From Lama guanicoe (lineage: Eukaryota), in NCBI GenBank assembly GCA_013239625.1, contig MU053933.1, positions 684,001 to 748,000 of the forward strand: a stretch of 64,000 bases of DNA. Direction: 5' to 3'. Below are positions 52,700-64,000 of this stretch, piece after piece (the first letter of the stretch is position 1; the number at the start of each line of letters is the position of its first letter). The position numbers and the translations under genes are program-made. Under the pieces are notes generated by a model, which was not told the origin of the DNA, ran no database searches, and was given only the letters and a program-made list of their open reading frames with translations.

Positions 52700-54020
52700 T
52701 TTTTGTTGTCCTTTGGATTCTTTCCCTTTCCTTTTCAAAGATCAATTTTATTGAGGTTAGTTTACACACTATAAAATGCACTGTGTTTAGTTTAATCAGT
52801 CTTGAAAATCTATACAGCCATATAGTCACCACCAAATCAGGACATAGAACATTTCTGTCATCCCCCAAACCCCTTCATACCCCAGCCTGGGTCAACCATT
52901 TGTCTGCTTTCTGTTTCTATAAATTAGTTCTAGCTTTTTAAATTTTTCATTTAAATAAAATCATATAATATGCATGACTTCATGTGTGGCTTCTTTCAGC
53001 CAGCATAATGTTCTTTTAAATTCATCCATGCTGCTGCATCAATCTGCAATGTGTTTCTTATTAGTGGTACGTGTTATCCCAACATTTGTGTATCCATTCA
53101 CCAGTTGATTGACATCTGGATTCTCTCCAGTTTGAGTCTTCTCCTGTGAATAAAAGCCACCATGGACATGCATATACAAGCTTTAGTGTGGACTTACCTC
53201 TTCTTTTCTCCCTGGTAAATTGCTAAGAGCAGATTGGTCATGTAGCAAATGTATGTTTAACTCAATAGGAAACTGTCAAGATGTTTTCCAAAATGTTTAG
53301 ACAATTTTGCATTCCCACCAACAACGTATGAGAGTCCCAGTTATTCCACAGCTATGTCAAAACTTGGTATTTCAGTCTTTTCAATTTTAGCTCTTCTAGC
53401 AAGTGTGTTGTGGTATCATATTGCGGTTTTAATTTACATTTCCCTGATGACTAATATATTGAATATCTTTTCACATCTTCATTAGCCATTCATGTATCTT
53501 CTTTTGTTAAGTGCCATTTAGATCTTTTGCCTATTTTTAAGCTGCATTGTTTTTTCCTATTATTCATTATAAGAATATACACATACAGATAGACACATAC
53601 ATAATTACATTCTGGATGTAAGTCCTTTGTCAGATGTACATATGATGATATTTTCTCCTGTGCTTGGCCTTTTTATTTTCTTTATAGTGTCTTTCAGAGA
53701 GCAGATGTTTCCAGTTTTGATGAAGTTCAATTTATCAGTTTTCTTCTGGTACGATTCATGCTTTTTATGTCCTATGGAAGCTTTGCAAACTCCAACATAG
53801 CAAAGAGTTCTTCTTTTAGAAAATTTACAGTTTTAGCTCATGTCCATATCATACATTTTGAGTTAATTTTTGTGAATGATGTGAAGGAAGGGTTGAGGGT
53901 CACACTTTTCCCACATCCATACACAGCGCTCCAGCACTATTTGTTGAAAATGTTATCCTCCCTCGTGTGAACTGCATTGGCCCCTTGGCTGAGAATCAGT
54001 CTTCCTGCACTCTCCAATGT
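52700..54020 (-). mobile_element. L1 (L1MB-like) 3' region inserted antisense in the older L1
   Basis: T-rich head, TTTATTGAG, CATTCCCACCAACAACGTATGAGAGT, TTTTGAGTTAATTTTTGT motifs. Confidence 0.8.
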
Positions 54021-55166
54021 CACACTGTGGCAACCTGATTTTTAAATTTATATGAAAAATCAAAGGGCCTAGAGGAGCAGGACAATCTTGAGGCAGATAA
54101 AATCAGAGGGCTTAGCACTCTAACAGTTAGAGCAGTGTAGTGTAGATATAAAAATGGACAAATGGAAAAAGAGAACCAAACAAGAAAACATAACAGACTA
54201 GAAACAGACAATACATGTACGGTCAACTGCTTCATAATAAATGCTCTTCTGCAATTCGCTTTTCGATGAGCGAAGTACAGGGAAGTGGATGGACTTTCAC
54301 CCCTACTTCCCGCCACACAGAGTTAGTTCAAACGGATCGTAGAGCTAAATAGGAGCGGTGAACGTGTAAAGCTCCAAGAAGAAACCCTAGGAGACTGCCT
54401 TCATCCATGCCAGATTAACAACGACTTCTTGAACAGGATGCAGAAAGTTCCAACCATAAAAGACTGATAAGTTAATTTTTATTCAAATTAAGAAATTGTA
54501 TTTCACCCAGAGATATTAACAAGCAATTAAAAAAGCAAACCACAGCCTGGAATAAGTCACCACCTTTAAAGACGTCCAACAAAACACTCATCTTCAGAGG
54601 TTCCACAAACTGATAAGAAAAATCAAAGAACCCAATTTAAAAATGGCAGACAACCAGAACAGCCCTTTCCCCAAAGAGAATATTCCGATGGCCAACAGCC
54701 CGTCCCATGGTGCTCAGTGTCATTGCCACTGGGGGAAATGCAGATCGGAACCACCGTGAGATACCGTGACACACCCAAAGGCTGGCTGAAACTAAAAGAC
54801 TGATAGTATCAAGTGTGGGCAAGAATGCAGAGCAGCAGGCGCTCTCCTCCACCAAGGGTGAGATGCGGAGTTGGTACCACTGCTTTGTAAAATCTCTTGG
54901 CAGTTTCTCACAAAGAATGCACGTGTCTGTCCCATGACCCAACTACCTCACCCCCAGATGGGTACCAAACAGAAATGCTCACATCTGGCCTTCAAAGACA
55001 CATACAAGACTGCCTGCTACAACGAAACAACTGAAAACCACCCAAATGTACGTCAGCCGAGAACCGGAGAAGTAAATGATGGTGATTTATCTGATGAAAT
55101 ACAACCCAGCAATCCAGTGAGCTAACTATGGCGACAGGCAGTGATGTGGGTAGATTTCACACACGT

Positions 55167-55253
55167 GGGGCGAGGGGACAGCTCAGAGGTGCAGTGCGTG
55201 CTTTACATGCACGGGGTCCTGGGTTCAACTCACAGCACCTCCATTAAAAAAAA
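55167..55253 (+). mobile_element. Degenerate tRNA-derived SINE (Vic-1 type)
   Basis: AGCTCAG..GCATGCAC-like..GTCCTGGGTTCAA..CAGCACCTCCATTAAAA. Confidence 0.72.
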
Positions 55254-55464
55254 TTCACATATAATTTTGGGCAAAAGAAACCAGACATGAAGGAGGACAT
55301 CCCCATATTGCTCTGCTTATGTCAAGTTTAAAGATGGGCAGAATTAATATGCAAGGGAGCGCAGCGGCTGCCATTTTTGCAGGGAGGGAGGAGAAAAGAC
55401 CAGGAGGCTGGGCGAGGGGCTGGGGTGACAGGGGTGGTCCTGAGGTTCTGGGGATGTTCCAGGA

Positions 55465-55662
55465 CAGAGCTGCTCAACCTTGGCGCTGCTGACGTCTTGG
55501 GCGGATCCCTCTCGGCTGTCGTGTGCACTACAGTGTTCTTGTCCTCAGCCCGCTAAGTGCTGGTAGTAAACACCCCCACGTCCAGCTGTGACAACCAAAA
55601 CTGTCTCCAGACGTGGCCAATGGCCCCTGGGGAGGGGCAAAATCCCCCTACTTGAGGACCTG
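55465..55662 (+). mobile_element. MER20 hAT-Charlie element
   Basis: CTCAACCTTGGC..CTGAC...GTGACAACCAAAACTGTCTCCAGAC..CCCCTGGGG..GGCAAAATC. Confidence 0.8.
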
Positions 55663-56258
55663 TTTTATTCTGGTTCCGGAGGAATTAGGTGTGTGTGCCC
55701 ACTTTATGAGAATGCGTCGAGCCCCAAACATAGGATTTGTCAGCTTTTCTGAATGCATATTAAACTTTAAAAGTTTAAAAATTTTTAAAAAGTCAATGAA
55801 TAATTAAAAGAGCCAAAAATTTTAGAGTTAGCAGAGACAATAGACACAGTGTGATTTAATGTCTTCTGCAGGAAAGGAGACTAGGACCCAGGTGGCTCGG
55901 GGTTCTGAGGCCAGTGGGACCCAGCGGAGAACCCTACCTGGGCTTCCACTCCCCTGCCCTGCCCCTCCTTCTGAGCCAGACCTGGCATCTCAAGTCCGTG
56001 CAAAGGCCGACCCCATGCAGGCCCTGCAGGGACTCAGCTGGACCTCTGGACCCCAAGCCCCACTGTGGAAGCGGCGTTGGTGGACCCGACACCTGCGCTC
56101 TGCAGAGAGAATTCTGAAAGCCAGAATCTCATGCAAACAGGATATTAGCTTTTGTCAGAAAGATCAAAAAGGGCTTGAGGTTTTTCTTCTCAGCCTCAGC
56201 CTCTCCTGCCTCCCCCTCTCCGGCTTTATCTGCTCTGTTCAGTCTGAAGCAGGAAGAG

Positions 56259-56371
56259 ATGGCCGCAGGGGAGACTCAGCTCTACGCGAAGGTTTTCAAC
56301 AAGCTCCGGGGCCGCAGCGTCCCCTCGCTCCTGGAGCCCCTCCTGGGGATGGGCTTCCCGGCACACACCGC
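56259..56371 (+). CDS. UBASH3A: UBASH3A (TULA/STS-2) exon 1 (MAAGETQLYAKVFNKLRGRSVPSLLEPLLGMGFPAHTA)
   Basis: 113 nt, GC|GTGAGT donor, UBA-domain MGF motif. Confidence 0.96.
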
Positions 56372-58296
56372 GTGAGTACCACTCCCTGGGCTCGTGCCCG
56401 GGGCCCGGAGCCCACCCTTCTGTGGCCGCAGAACTGCAGGGGCTCAGAGCACGTACTTCCTGTGGAAGGGGTGAACCGTGCGGGCTAGAGACTATCTCAA
56501 AATAGGGTCTTTTCTGCTTCCATAAACGACACCATCTTTGCCTTTTAACGACAAACTCTGCTGGCTGGTGACAGGGGTGGGGGACCCTGAAATTTGTGAA
56601 AATTGGAACTAGGGTTTAGAGGAGCTTAGGGCCTGGCTGTACCCTCTCTGCGAGCAGCCCAGTGACTCTGAGACAGCGTTTCACTCTAATTTGAAAGCCC
56701 CGAATTCGGGGGGTCTCTGATGCTGAGACCTGTTGAAATAAACAAGACCGCGTTTCTAAATGTGCAGGGAAACTGTCCGTCCTCAGGGGGATCTCTTAAT
56801 GCCTGGTCATGAAGGGATATGGTCACAGGACTCCCCCAGCAGGGCTGGTGCGATCCTTCTCACCCAAGGAGAAGGGCCACGCGGACTGCAGTCTCAGGAG
56901 TACCCCCTCGGAGAGGCGGGTACCACAAAACAAGGAGGCCAACATCAGGGTGCGGCTTCCACGGGGAACCAGGTTCTTAGACCTGCCCTTTCCACGTGCT
57001 TATTCGCATGGGAAGTGCATCTGAAGTCTCTTGGTAACCTTGGATTTGGGTGGGGGCAAACTTTCCTTTAATGGATAACAAACCTGTGACCCAACTGGAT
57101 GGAATGACTGGACCACTTTCCTCCCCAACCCGTCGGGACCTCTTCATCGCACATATCGTGGTAAACGGGGGTCTGTGCGATGGCAGCAGAACCAAGCGTG
57201 TGCCGGGTGCCTGCTGGGTGCCTGCCGGGTGCCAACACCACCCATCAGAGGCAGATGGGGCCAGAGGCCAGGGAGGGCGGGTGGTGGGAGGGCAGGGCAG
57301 GCATCCCACTCCCGGGGACTGGAAAGCCTTAGGACTACATGACCAAAGCTACCGCTGGAAGCAGACTCAAAAATCCTTCCGCTGTAAGCGTTAGCCATGT
57401 GTCAGAGGTGGAGGAGCGTGTCTTTAACGTCTTCCTGAGGCTGAAGCCCGGGTAGGGCCCCTGCTAACCACTCGGGAAGCCTCACCCCGGGGCCTGTACC
57501 CTCCAAACCAGCGTCGCCGGGCACCATGCCTCCTTGACACCCCGGCTACCTCCAGGCTGAGTTCCTGGATGGATTCCCTTTGCCACACTGCATTCTGTCT
57601 GGTGTGGTCCCCTTCAGGTAAACTCAATGCAGCATACTTACACGCCAGTTTCAACAATGAGGAAGACACGGTTACTCCCAGGGAACTCACAGGCAGGCAG
57701 GCGGACACAAGTCCAATGAGATGAGGGGCCGGTGACCACATGTGCAGTGGGGAAACACAGGAGGGCTGCACATCCACCCTGCTTGGATGGTCTGGGGAAG
57801 GCTTCCTGGAAGAGGAAGACTTCTGAGCGGAGCCTGGAAGGCCCAGTGTCGTTCCTCTCAGGGCACGTCGGCACCGCGCTGCATCTTGGCAAGGAGGCAG
57901 GTGTGAGAGCCAGGGACGTGACTCTGCACAGCCAACTGTAGGGTCCGAGAGTGGGAGCACCTGGCTGGGGAGCAGGGTGCATGGGGTAGGGCTGGGGAGG
58001 CCGGATTCTGGCATGGCTGCCCCTCAGGCATGAGTCCTTGGACTTCCGGCCAGGGACAGGGGGTGGGAACCAGGGAAGGAAAATGATGGGGGAAGATGCA
58101 AGCCGTCTGCATTTCCAAAACCACAGTGATGCCACGAGGGCAGAGGCCTGCATCCCCCACTGAGACCTCGCCATTCAGCCCTGGATGGGGGACTCCTGAA
58201 GGTCCCAGGAGTAGCAAGGACACCCCTGCCTCTCTGACCTTTTCTAAGGAGTAGAAGGCGGGTTCTGAGACCTCCCTGTCTCCCGATTCCCTACAG

Positions 58297-58350
58297 GCTA
58301 AAGGCTTTGGCAGCTACTGGAAGGAAGACTGTGGAGGAGGCCTCAGACTG
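58297..58350 (+). CDS. UBASH3A: UBASH3A exon 2 (LKALAATGRKTVEEASDW)
   Basis: CAG|G ... TG|GTGAGT, 54 nt, in frame. Confidence 0.96.
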
Positions 58351-60761
58351 GTGAGTGGAGTGCCCACAGGGGCCGGGAGGGCTCCGCAGGGGGGACGCTG
58401 CTCACTCTGGGTGGGCGGTGGCACCTCCATGCTACCCACCCAGCGCCCAGGGAAAGGCGCAAAGAGCCCGCATTTAAAATGGAAAACAGGAGAGAGAGAA
58501 CTTTGAACAAAGCTTTGTTCCCTTAAAAGTCTGATTTAACCCAGGAATGATTGTCAATGAAGAAAAATATTCATGTGATTTGTTGAATAAATTGGGAAGT
58601 GCCATTTTTGCTGATAGGAAAAGGAGGTTGCCGCTTCAGATGGGGCGAGAGCTTGTGGGTGGTCGTGAACGCCCCCTGAGCCTTAAGGGTGCCAGGTGCT
58701 TGGGGGCGGGGGGCGGGGGGGGGCGCTGGTTCCAGAGGCTCCACCCCCCCAGCTCGGCCGCCGCCCACTGCTCCGGTTTTCTGCCCTGGGAATCAAAGGG
58801 GGCACCCCGTCTCTAAAACCCAGTCCTGCCTGCGTGTGCCGTGATGCTATCATCCTGCCCTTTGGCGGGAAGTCCCCTCGTGCTCTGCCCCGGAATAGCT
58901 GTAGTGAAAATCAAGCAAAAAACCCAGGTCCCATCAGGCTGGGGCGCCCCCCCAGAGCAGGATGGCAAACACCCGCACTTGGTCTCTGAGCGTCCAGCAT
59001 GTCCTCGAAAAGCTTAGGCCAAGGGTGAAAAGGCACCCCCTGTGCAGAGAAACACCCAGGACCCTCTGGGCTAGAGTAACTCTGAAGTCAGTTACCACAT
59101 TTGAATTAAAAATCAAACCACCTGCTGTACAAGTGCTGGTTGGTTTCTGCCAGCGACGACTCAGTGGAAAAGACCAGCAGGCCCACCAGGAGCAGGGAGG
59201 CGGGGGGCCCCTGGACTCTGCAAGAGTGGCCCCAACCTCACTCCTAACAGGGAGGTGCAGATTAGGGTGCTGGGAGCAGCGAAAGGCAGCTTTAAGCATT
59301 GGTGGGGATGAGGAGAAGGTGGTCTCAGCTTCCAGGTTGCCATCTGGGGTGACTCTCAACCCCGAAAATGTGTGTGGCCGCAGCCCACCAGTTCATGTCT
59401 GAGTACATTCCGTGGCGAAACACAAGGGGCCTAAAGAGACACGCACAAAGGTCTTGACTACAGTGCTATGACATTGCAAAACAAAAGGGAACCAATGTAC
59501 ACGCCCATCAATGGCCTGGATGGACAGAATATCACTCATGCAGACAGTGGAACGTGTTACAGCCCTTAGACGGTTCGTGCTGACGCACTTAACTAGATGG
59601 CTGTGTATACGCTGCAAAAATGTCTTTAGTAAAAAATGCAAGTTGCAGAATAATTTGAAGAACTGCTTCTGATTCATATGAAACACACACAAGTGCTATG
59701 TATGGATTCGTTACCTACATGTCTAGTAGTAAGCAAAGCGGATTATGAACTGAGCTGCTGCTAGACAAGTGAGCCAGGGAAGGGAGCCAGGATGAAGGGG
59801 ACACAGCTTCCTCCGCTGGCATTTTTGTATTATTACTATGAGAAGGTATCTGTGCACATCGAATGTTTTCTCAAGTGGTTGTATATCGATTCCTAAATTT
59901 CATATCATGTCACAAGCACTTCTCGGAGGCATCAGAAACTATTCAAATCCGTAATTTCTAACGAGTACCTGATGTATAAATTTACCATTATTTATCTAGT
60001 TTTTCCTTCTTTCCCATTAAAAATCATGTACAATAAATGTCTACGCAGGCCATTGTATTTATCGCTTTTGCTTTTTCCTTTGGACCCATGTCTGGAAGTG
60101 GAGTTATTAGTGCAGAAGGAAGAGGAGTTTAAAGGCTCTTGACACATGTGGGCAAGTGGCTTCATATAAAGGCTGCAGAGATTCATCCTCAAGTCTCAGC
60201 ACCTTTGACACGATTGAGCGCACTTTTACCCCCTGAAAGACATTCTGTTCATTTGATAAATAAGAAAAGTGGTGTCTCATGCCTGTCTCCATTTTCTTTA
60301 TTATTGGTGAGCATGAACTTGAATTTGGGGCTCTATATCATTTTTCCTAGTACTTAAAATAACTTTCCAAATTGACAGAAAATATAGGTCTTTGTGGCTT
60401 TGATTTTTATACTTCACAAATTTGAAGTTTGGGATAAAATTAAAACGTCCGTCTTTTCCATATAATTTTCAACCCTAAGGAGATGCCTGGCCCCCAATGA
60501 TCATTAGAAAACCAGGTTCTGAGCCTTACTGTCACCTGCCTCTCCTCGCGGTCTTCGGGCCTGGGAATCAGACCAGCTGGCGCTGAGACCGGCCAGACGC
60601 CGACCTGCTCCGTGGTCGCGCCGCGCCCGGACTTGCTGAGCCTCGCCGGGCGTGCAGCTCAGTGCTCTGCGCGGCCTGTCCGTCCGAGACACGGCCCGGC
60701 TCCATCCTCCCTGGGGAAAGACTCTTCACACCAGGTGAACATGTCCCATCCTCTGTTGCAG

Positions 60762-60948
60762 GCTGCACTCCCACTGCAATGACCCTTCTCTCGACGACCC
60801 CATCCCCCAGGAATACGCCCTTTTCCTCTGCCCCACGGGGTCCCTGCTGGAAAAACTCCAAGAGTTCTGGAGAGAGAGCAAGCGGCAGTGCGCGAAGAAC
60901 AGAGCTCACGAGGTCTTCCCTCACATAACGCTCTGTGACTTCTTCACG
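60762..60948 (+). CDS. UBASH3A: UBASH3A exon 3 (LHSHCNDPSLDDPIPQEYALFLCP...PHITLCDFFT)
   Basis: CAG|G ... ACG|GTGAGT, 187 nt. Contains an HxT motif of the 2H-phosphoesterase-like domain. Confidence 0.97.
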
Positions 60949-62127
60949 GTGAGTCCGCCCAACGCGCCTTTAATGCTCATTAACATGGCGACAGCTGAAG
61001 TCATTTTCTGCGATAACTGGGCAGTGATGGGACAAAACTGAGGGCAGCCACAGGATTCTCTTTCATGGAGTGATCTGCAGTGGTGGTGTTAGCTGGCCTC
61101 TTTGCGTGAGATAGCCTTTACTTTCCTCCTCATCTTTGTCAGCTCAACTCCTATTCATTCTTCAGAACCCAACTCATTTATCCCCTCCCTTTTTTTAAGT
61201 ATTCCTCAGCTCTCTAGGCGGAAAGGGGTGCTGCCTTTTGTGCTTCCACCAGCTTCTCATTTCTATCGCTGATGGCACTTTCCCTGTTGTATGGCAACGT
61301 GTCTGGTGCAGCTCTGTATCCTTCACTGGACTGAAATCCTCAAGGAAAGGTGGATGCCTCACTCACTGTGGGACCCGCTGAGACTAGCACAGTGCCTCAA
61401 ACAGAGTGGGTGCTTCACAAGTGTGTGATGGATCAACTGGAGAATGGGAGATTATTGGCCAGTCACAGAGGCAGAACTTCTCCCTGCCTTGGGGACCAGC
61501 CCTCTGCTCAGAAAATAGTCAGATGGGCAGCTCCATAGACATCCTGGGAAGGTGAGGAGGACCTGGGCTGCTCAAAAGACAAGAGGAAGGGTGCGAAGCA
61601 GGGAAGGAGGGACACCACCTCCTCTGTGGCTCTGGACCAGGGAAGCCTGGAGACCTCCCTGGCCCAGCCCCGGCTCTGCTGTCAGCAAGCTCTAAGTGTC
61701 CCACTGGGGCCAGGGAGCCCTCCATTCCAGGCTCCTGTGCCCTGCGTGGAAAGGAGGATGCAGACCTCGTAGGGAAGGTTTCCAGAAGATGCACAGAAGA
61801 AGCGGCACCTTCCCGAGCCCCTGCCAATAATCCTCATTTGCTGGGCTGGTGGCATTTGTGACATTCGGGCTCCTTTCTGGCTGTCCTTGGAGTTCATCAG
61901 GGAAAGAAGAGGCAGCCGGGCTGTGATAAACATGACCTTAGAAATGCACATGCTTGGCCGTCGGGAAGAGAGTGCTGGCCTGGGCTTCCATGTCCTTCAA
62001 CATCTCTACACTGAGGTGTGTACACGCCTGCACATGCACACACATATGCATACACACACACGTACGCATACACACAAACCATGTCACACACAAATGCACA
62101 CACAGACACACACACATACATATGTAC

Positions 62128-62605
62128 TGTAAATGAAAAATATTTCAGCCATCAAGTCCTCAGCCTCTACCACCACCCTCAACAGTGAGCGGAGGGAACT
62201 CAGGATGCAGACAAGCAGGCAGCCTGGCCTCTGCTGCCACCCCCAGCGGTGCCCCCTGAGGGGGCTCAGGATGTGGACGAAGAGGATGCTGCCCTAGACA
62301 GCAAAGGTGCGGATCAGAGGAGTGACTTCAATGAGCCCAGCCCTTTGCACCTTCCCACACACAGAAAAGCGCTAAATTCCTTAACTTGAGATGTCTGGTT
62401 TTCTTTAATTAACAGTCATCTTTCGATTTTCTGACTACCTGGTCTTTGTTGCGAAAACTCATATGCATCCTGGCTTCTACCTTGCCTCTTTGGAGCCATC
62501 TCTTAGGGGATCTGAGAGGCCGTGTCCCAGGCTAAAGTCCTTGGAAAGCCGCTGAATAAAACATAATGCTCAGCTCTTAGGTTGGGACTTTTATTTCAGT
62601 CGGCA
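62128..62605 (+). mobile_element. ERV1-class solo LTR (family B) within CA-rich tract in UBASH3A intron 3
   Basis: TG...CA, family B homology, AATAAA near the 3' end, CA-rich sequence on both sides. Confidence 0.85.
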
Positions 62606-63819
62606 ATATATACAGACACACAATGTCACACACAGATACACAGACACAGACCGTGTCACACAGACACAGACAGACACACACACACACACACACCCTTCCC
62701 TTCTGCTGCGCCTCCTGGTCCCCCCACCCCTGCCCCACCCTGCCTTGGTGGCCGAGACCCCTTTTCCAGCAGAAGCGTGTAACAGGGTCTCTCTCTGCCT
62801 TTGACTCGGTAAAGTGAGAACGTGCGACACCCAGGTGGTGGCGTCCACTGCAGCTCTGTTTATAACATGGCTCTGAGCATCCTGATCAATGTCTGAGACC
62901 GAGAAACACCACGTGGCCAGCTGTTCCCCCACGTGCAGTGGTGCCCACTGCTTTCCAGGCCCGTGAGGGCTGCAAAGACGGAGCCCACGGGGTTTTGTGA
63001 GTTTAGTGAGCCCCCAGTTCAGAGTGGGGAGGAAGTGTCCATTAAAAGCGGCAATAAGGTTTATCCCTCAGAGACTAAGGAGTGCGTGGGAAATTCAGAG
63101 GGAGCCCGTGGCTGGGGAGAGCAGGGACCGGCCAGCCTCCCGTGGGGGTCACCGTGTCCGGGTCCTACGGGGGTCCCACGTGGCCTCGCAGAGTCTTCCG
63201 TGTGGAGGAAGGGCTTCAAGTTGAGGTGGCGGCTTGGGCAGCGCTGAGCCCAGGAGCCAGGAGGCGCTCGGTCTGGCTGGAAGGCAGGTGGTGAGTGACA
63301 GGCGGGGGGTGACGAGGAGCTTGGGACCCAAGACCACCTTGGAGGACATGCTGTCAGGGACAAGGACGGCTCAGTCACTGGCTGAGAGCATGGTCTGCTG
63401 CTGGCTACGACCCTCCTCTGTGGGGTAGGTTCTGAGCAGGGTACCCTGGGGCTGCCTCAAGGTCGACTGGAATCCTCCAGAAGCCAGTAATGCGGTGCTG
63501 AGCACAGCTGTGGGCCCCGGGAGAGGAGGGGGCTCCAGAAGCGATGCAGGGTTGCGTCACCGCAAGGTGGAGTGAGTGAGGGACGGAGTTAGACGGACAG
63601 GGGACTTCCCACCTGGGCACTTAAAGGGTATTCCATCCCCAAAAGAACTGTACCTGAATTGTCTAAGAAACTGGGAACCAGCTGTAGAGCAAATCCATAG
63701 CCCCGAACGCCAGGACCAGTTACATTATGTTATAGTGTCACAAGCACAAAAGAGCCTCCCGTGTCGGGTGACTTTTATTCATTAAGGTAACAGGTGACCG
63801 TCCTGTCTCTGTCCCTCAG

Positions 63820-64000
63820 TGCGAAGACCAGAAGGTGGAGTGTCTGTACGAGGCACTGAAGCGAGCCGGGGACCGGGTCCTGGGGACCTTCCCCGCGGCT
63901 GTGCCCCTGGTTCTCCACTCCTCCATCAGCTACCTGGGCTTCTTCGTGAGCGACGGCCCCGCAGACATCATCCGGGAATTTGCCGTGATGTTCGCCTCGG
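63820..64000 (+). CDS. UBASH3A: UBASH3A exon 4, runs off window end (CEDQKVECLYEALKRAGDR...IREFAVMFAS)
   Basis: CTCAG|TGC phase-0 acceptor, open to 64000. Confidence 0.96.

Larger units (their letters stand above)
50330..55400 (+). mobile_element. Old fragmented L1 ORF2/3' region with nested insertions
   Basis: AT-rich ORF2 relics (TCAATAGATGCAGAAAGAGCATTTGATAAAAT etc.), interrupted at c.52700 and resuming c.54027. Confidence 0.75.

Overview
Mammalian genomic DNA, most likely camelid (three tRNA-derived Vic-1-type SINEs), syntenic with the human 21q22.3 block TFF1(-) / TMPRSS3(-) / UBASH3A(+). It contains TFF1 exon 1 and its promoter, a complete intact TMPRSS3 gene (12 coding exons, 453 aa, all introns GT-AG) and UBASH3A exons 1-4 (truncated by the window end). 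Many L1, ERV solo LTR, MaLR, hAT/Tigger, MIR and L2 repeats are present, plus one 30-N gap. Main unexpected observation: the long TFF1-TMPRSS3 interval holds an ordered series of + strand exon relics, many with intact splice sites, reading signal peptide - EMI - EGF - FN3 - (SEA) - cbEGF - S/T/P-rich - FN3 - SEA - EGF - ZP. This suggests a decayed uromodulin-like/UMODL1-type gene. All homology calls were made by eye against recalled sequences, not by database search.
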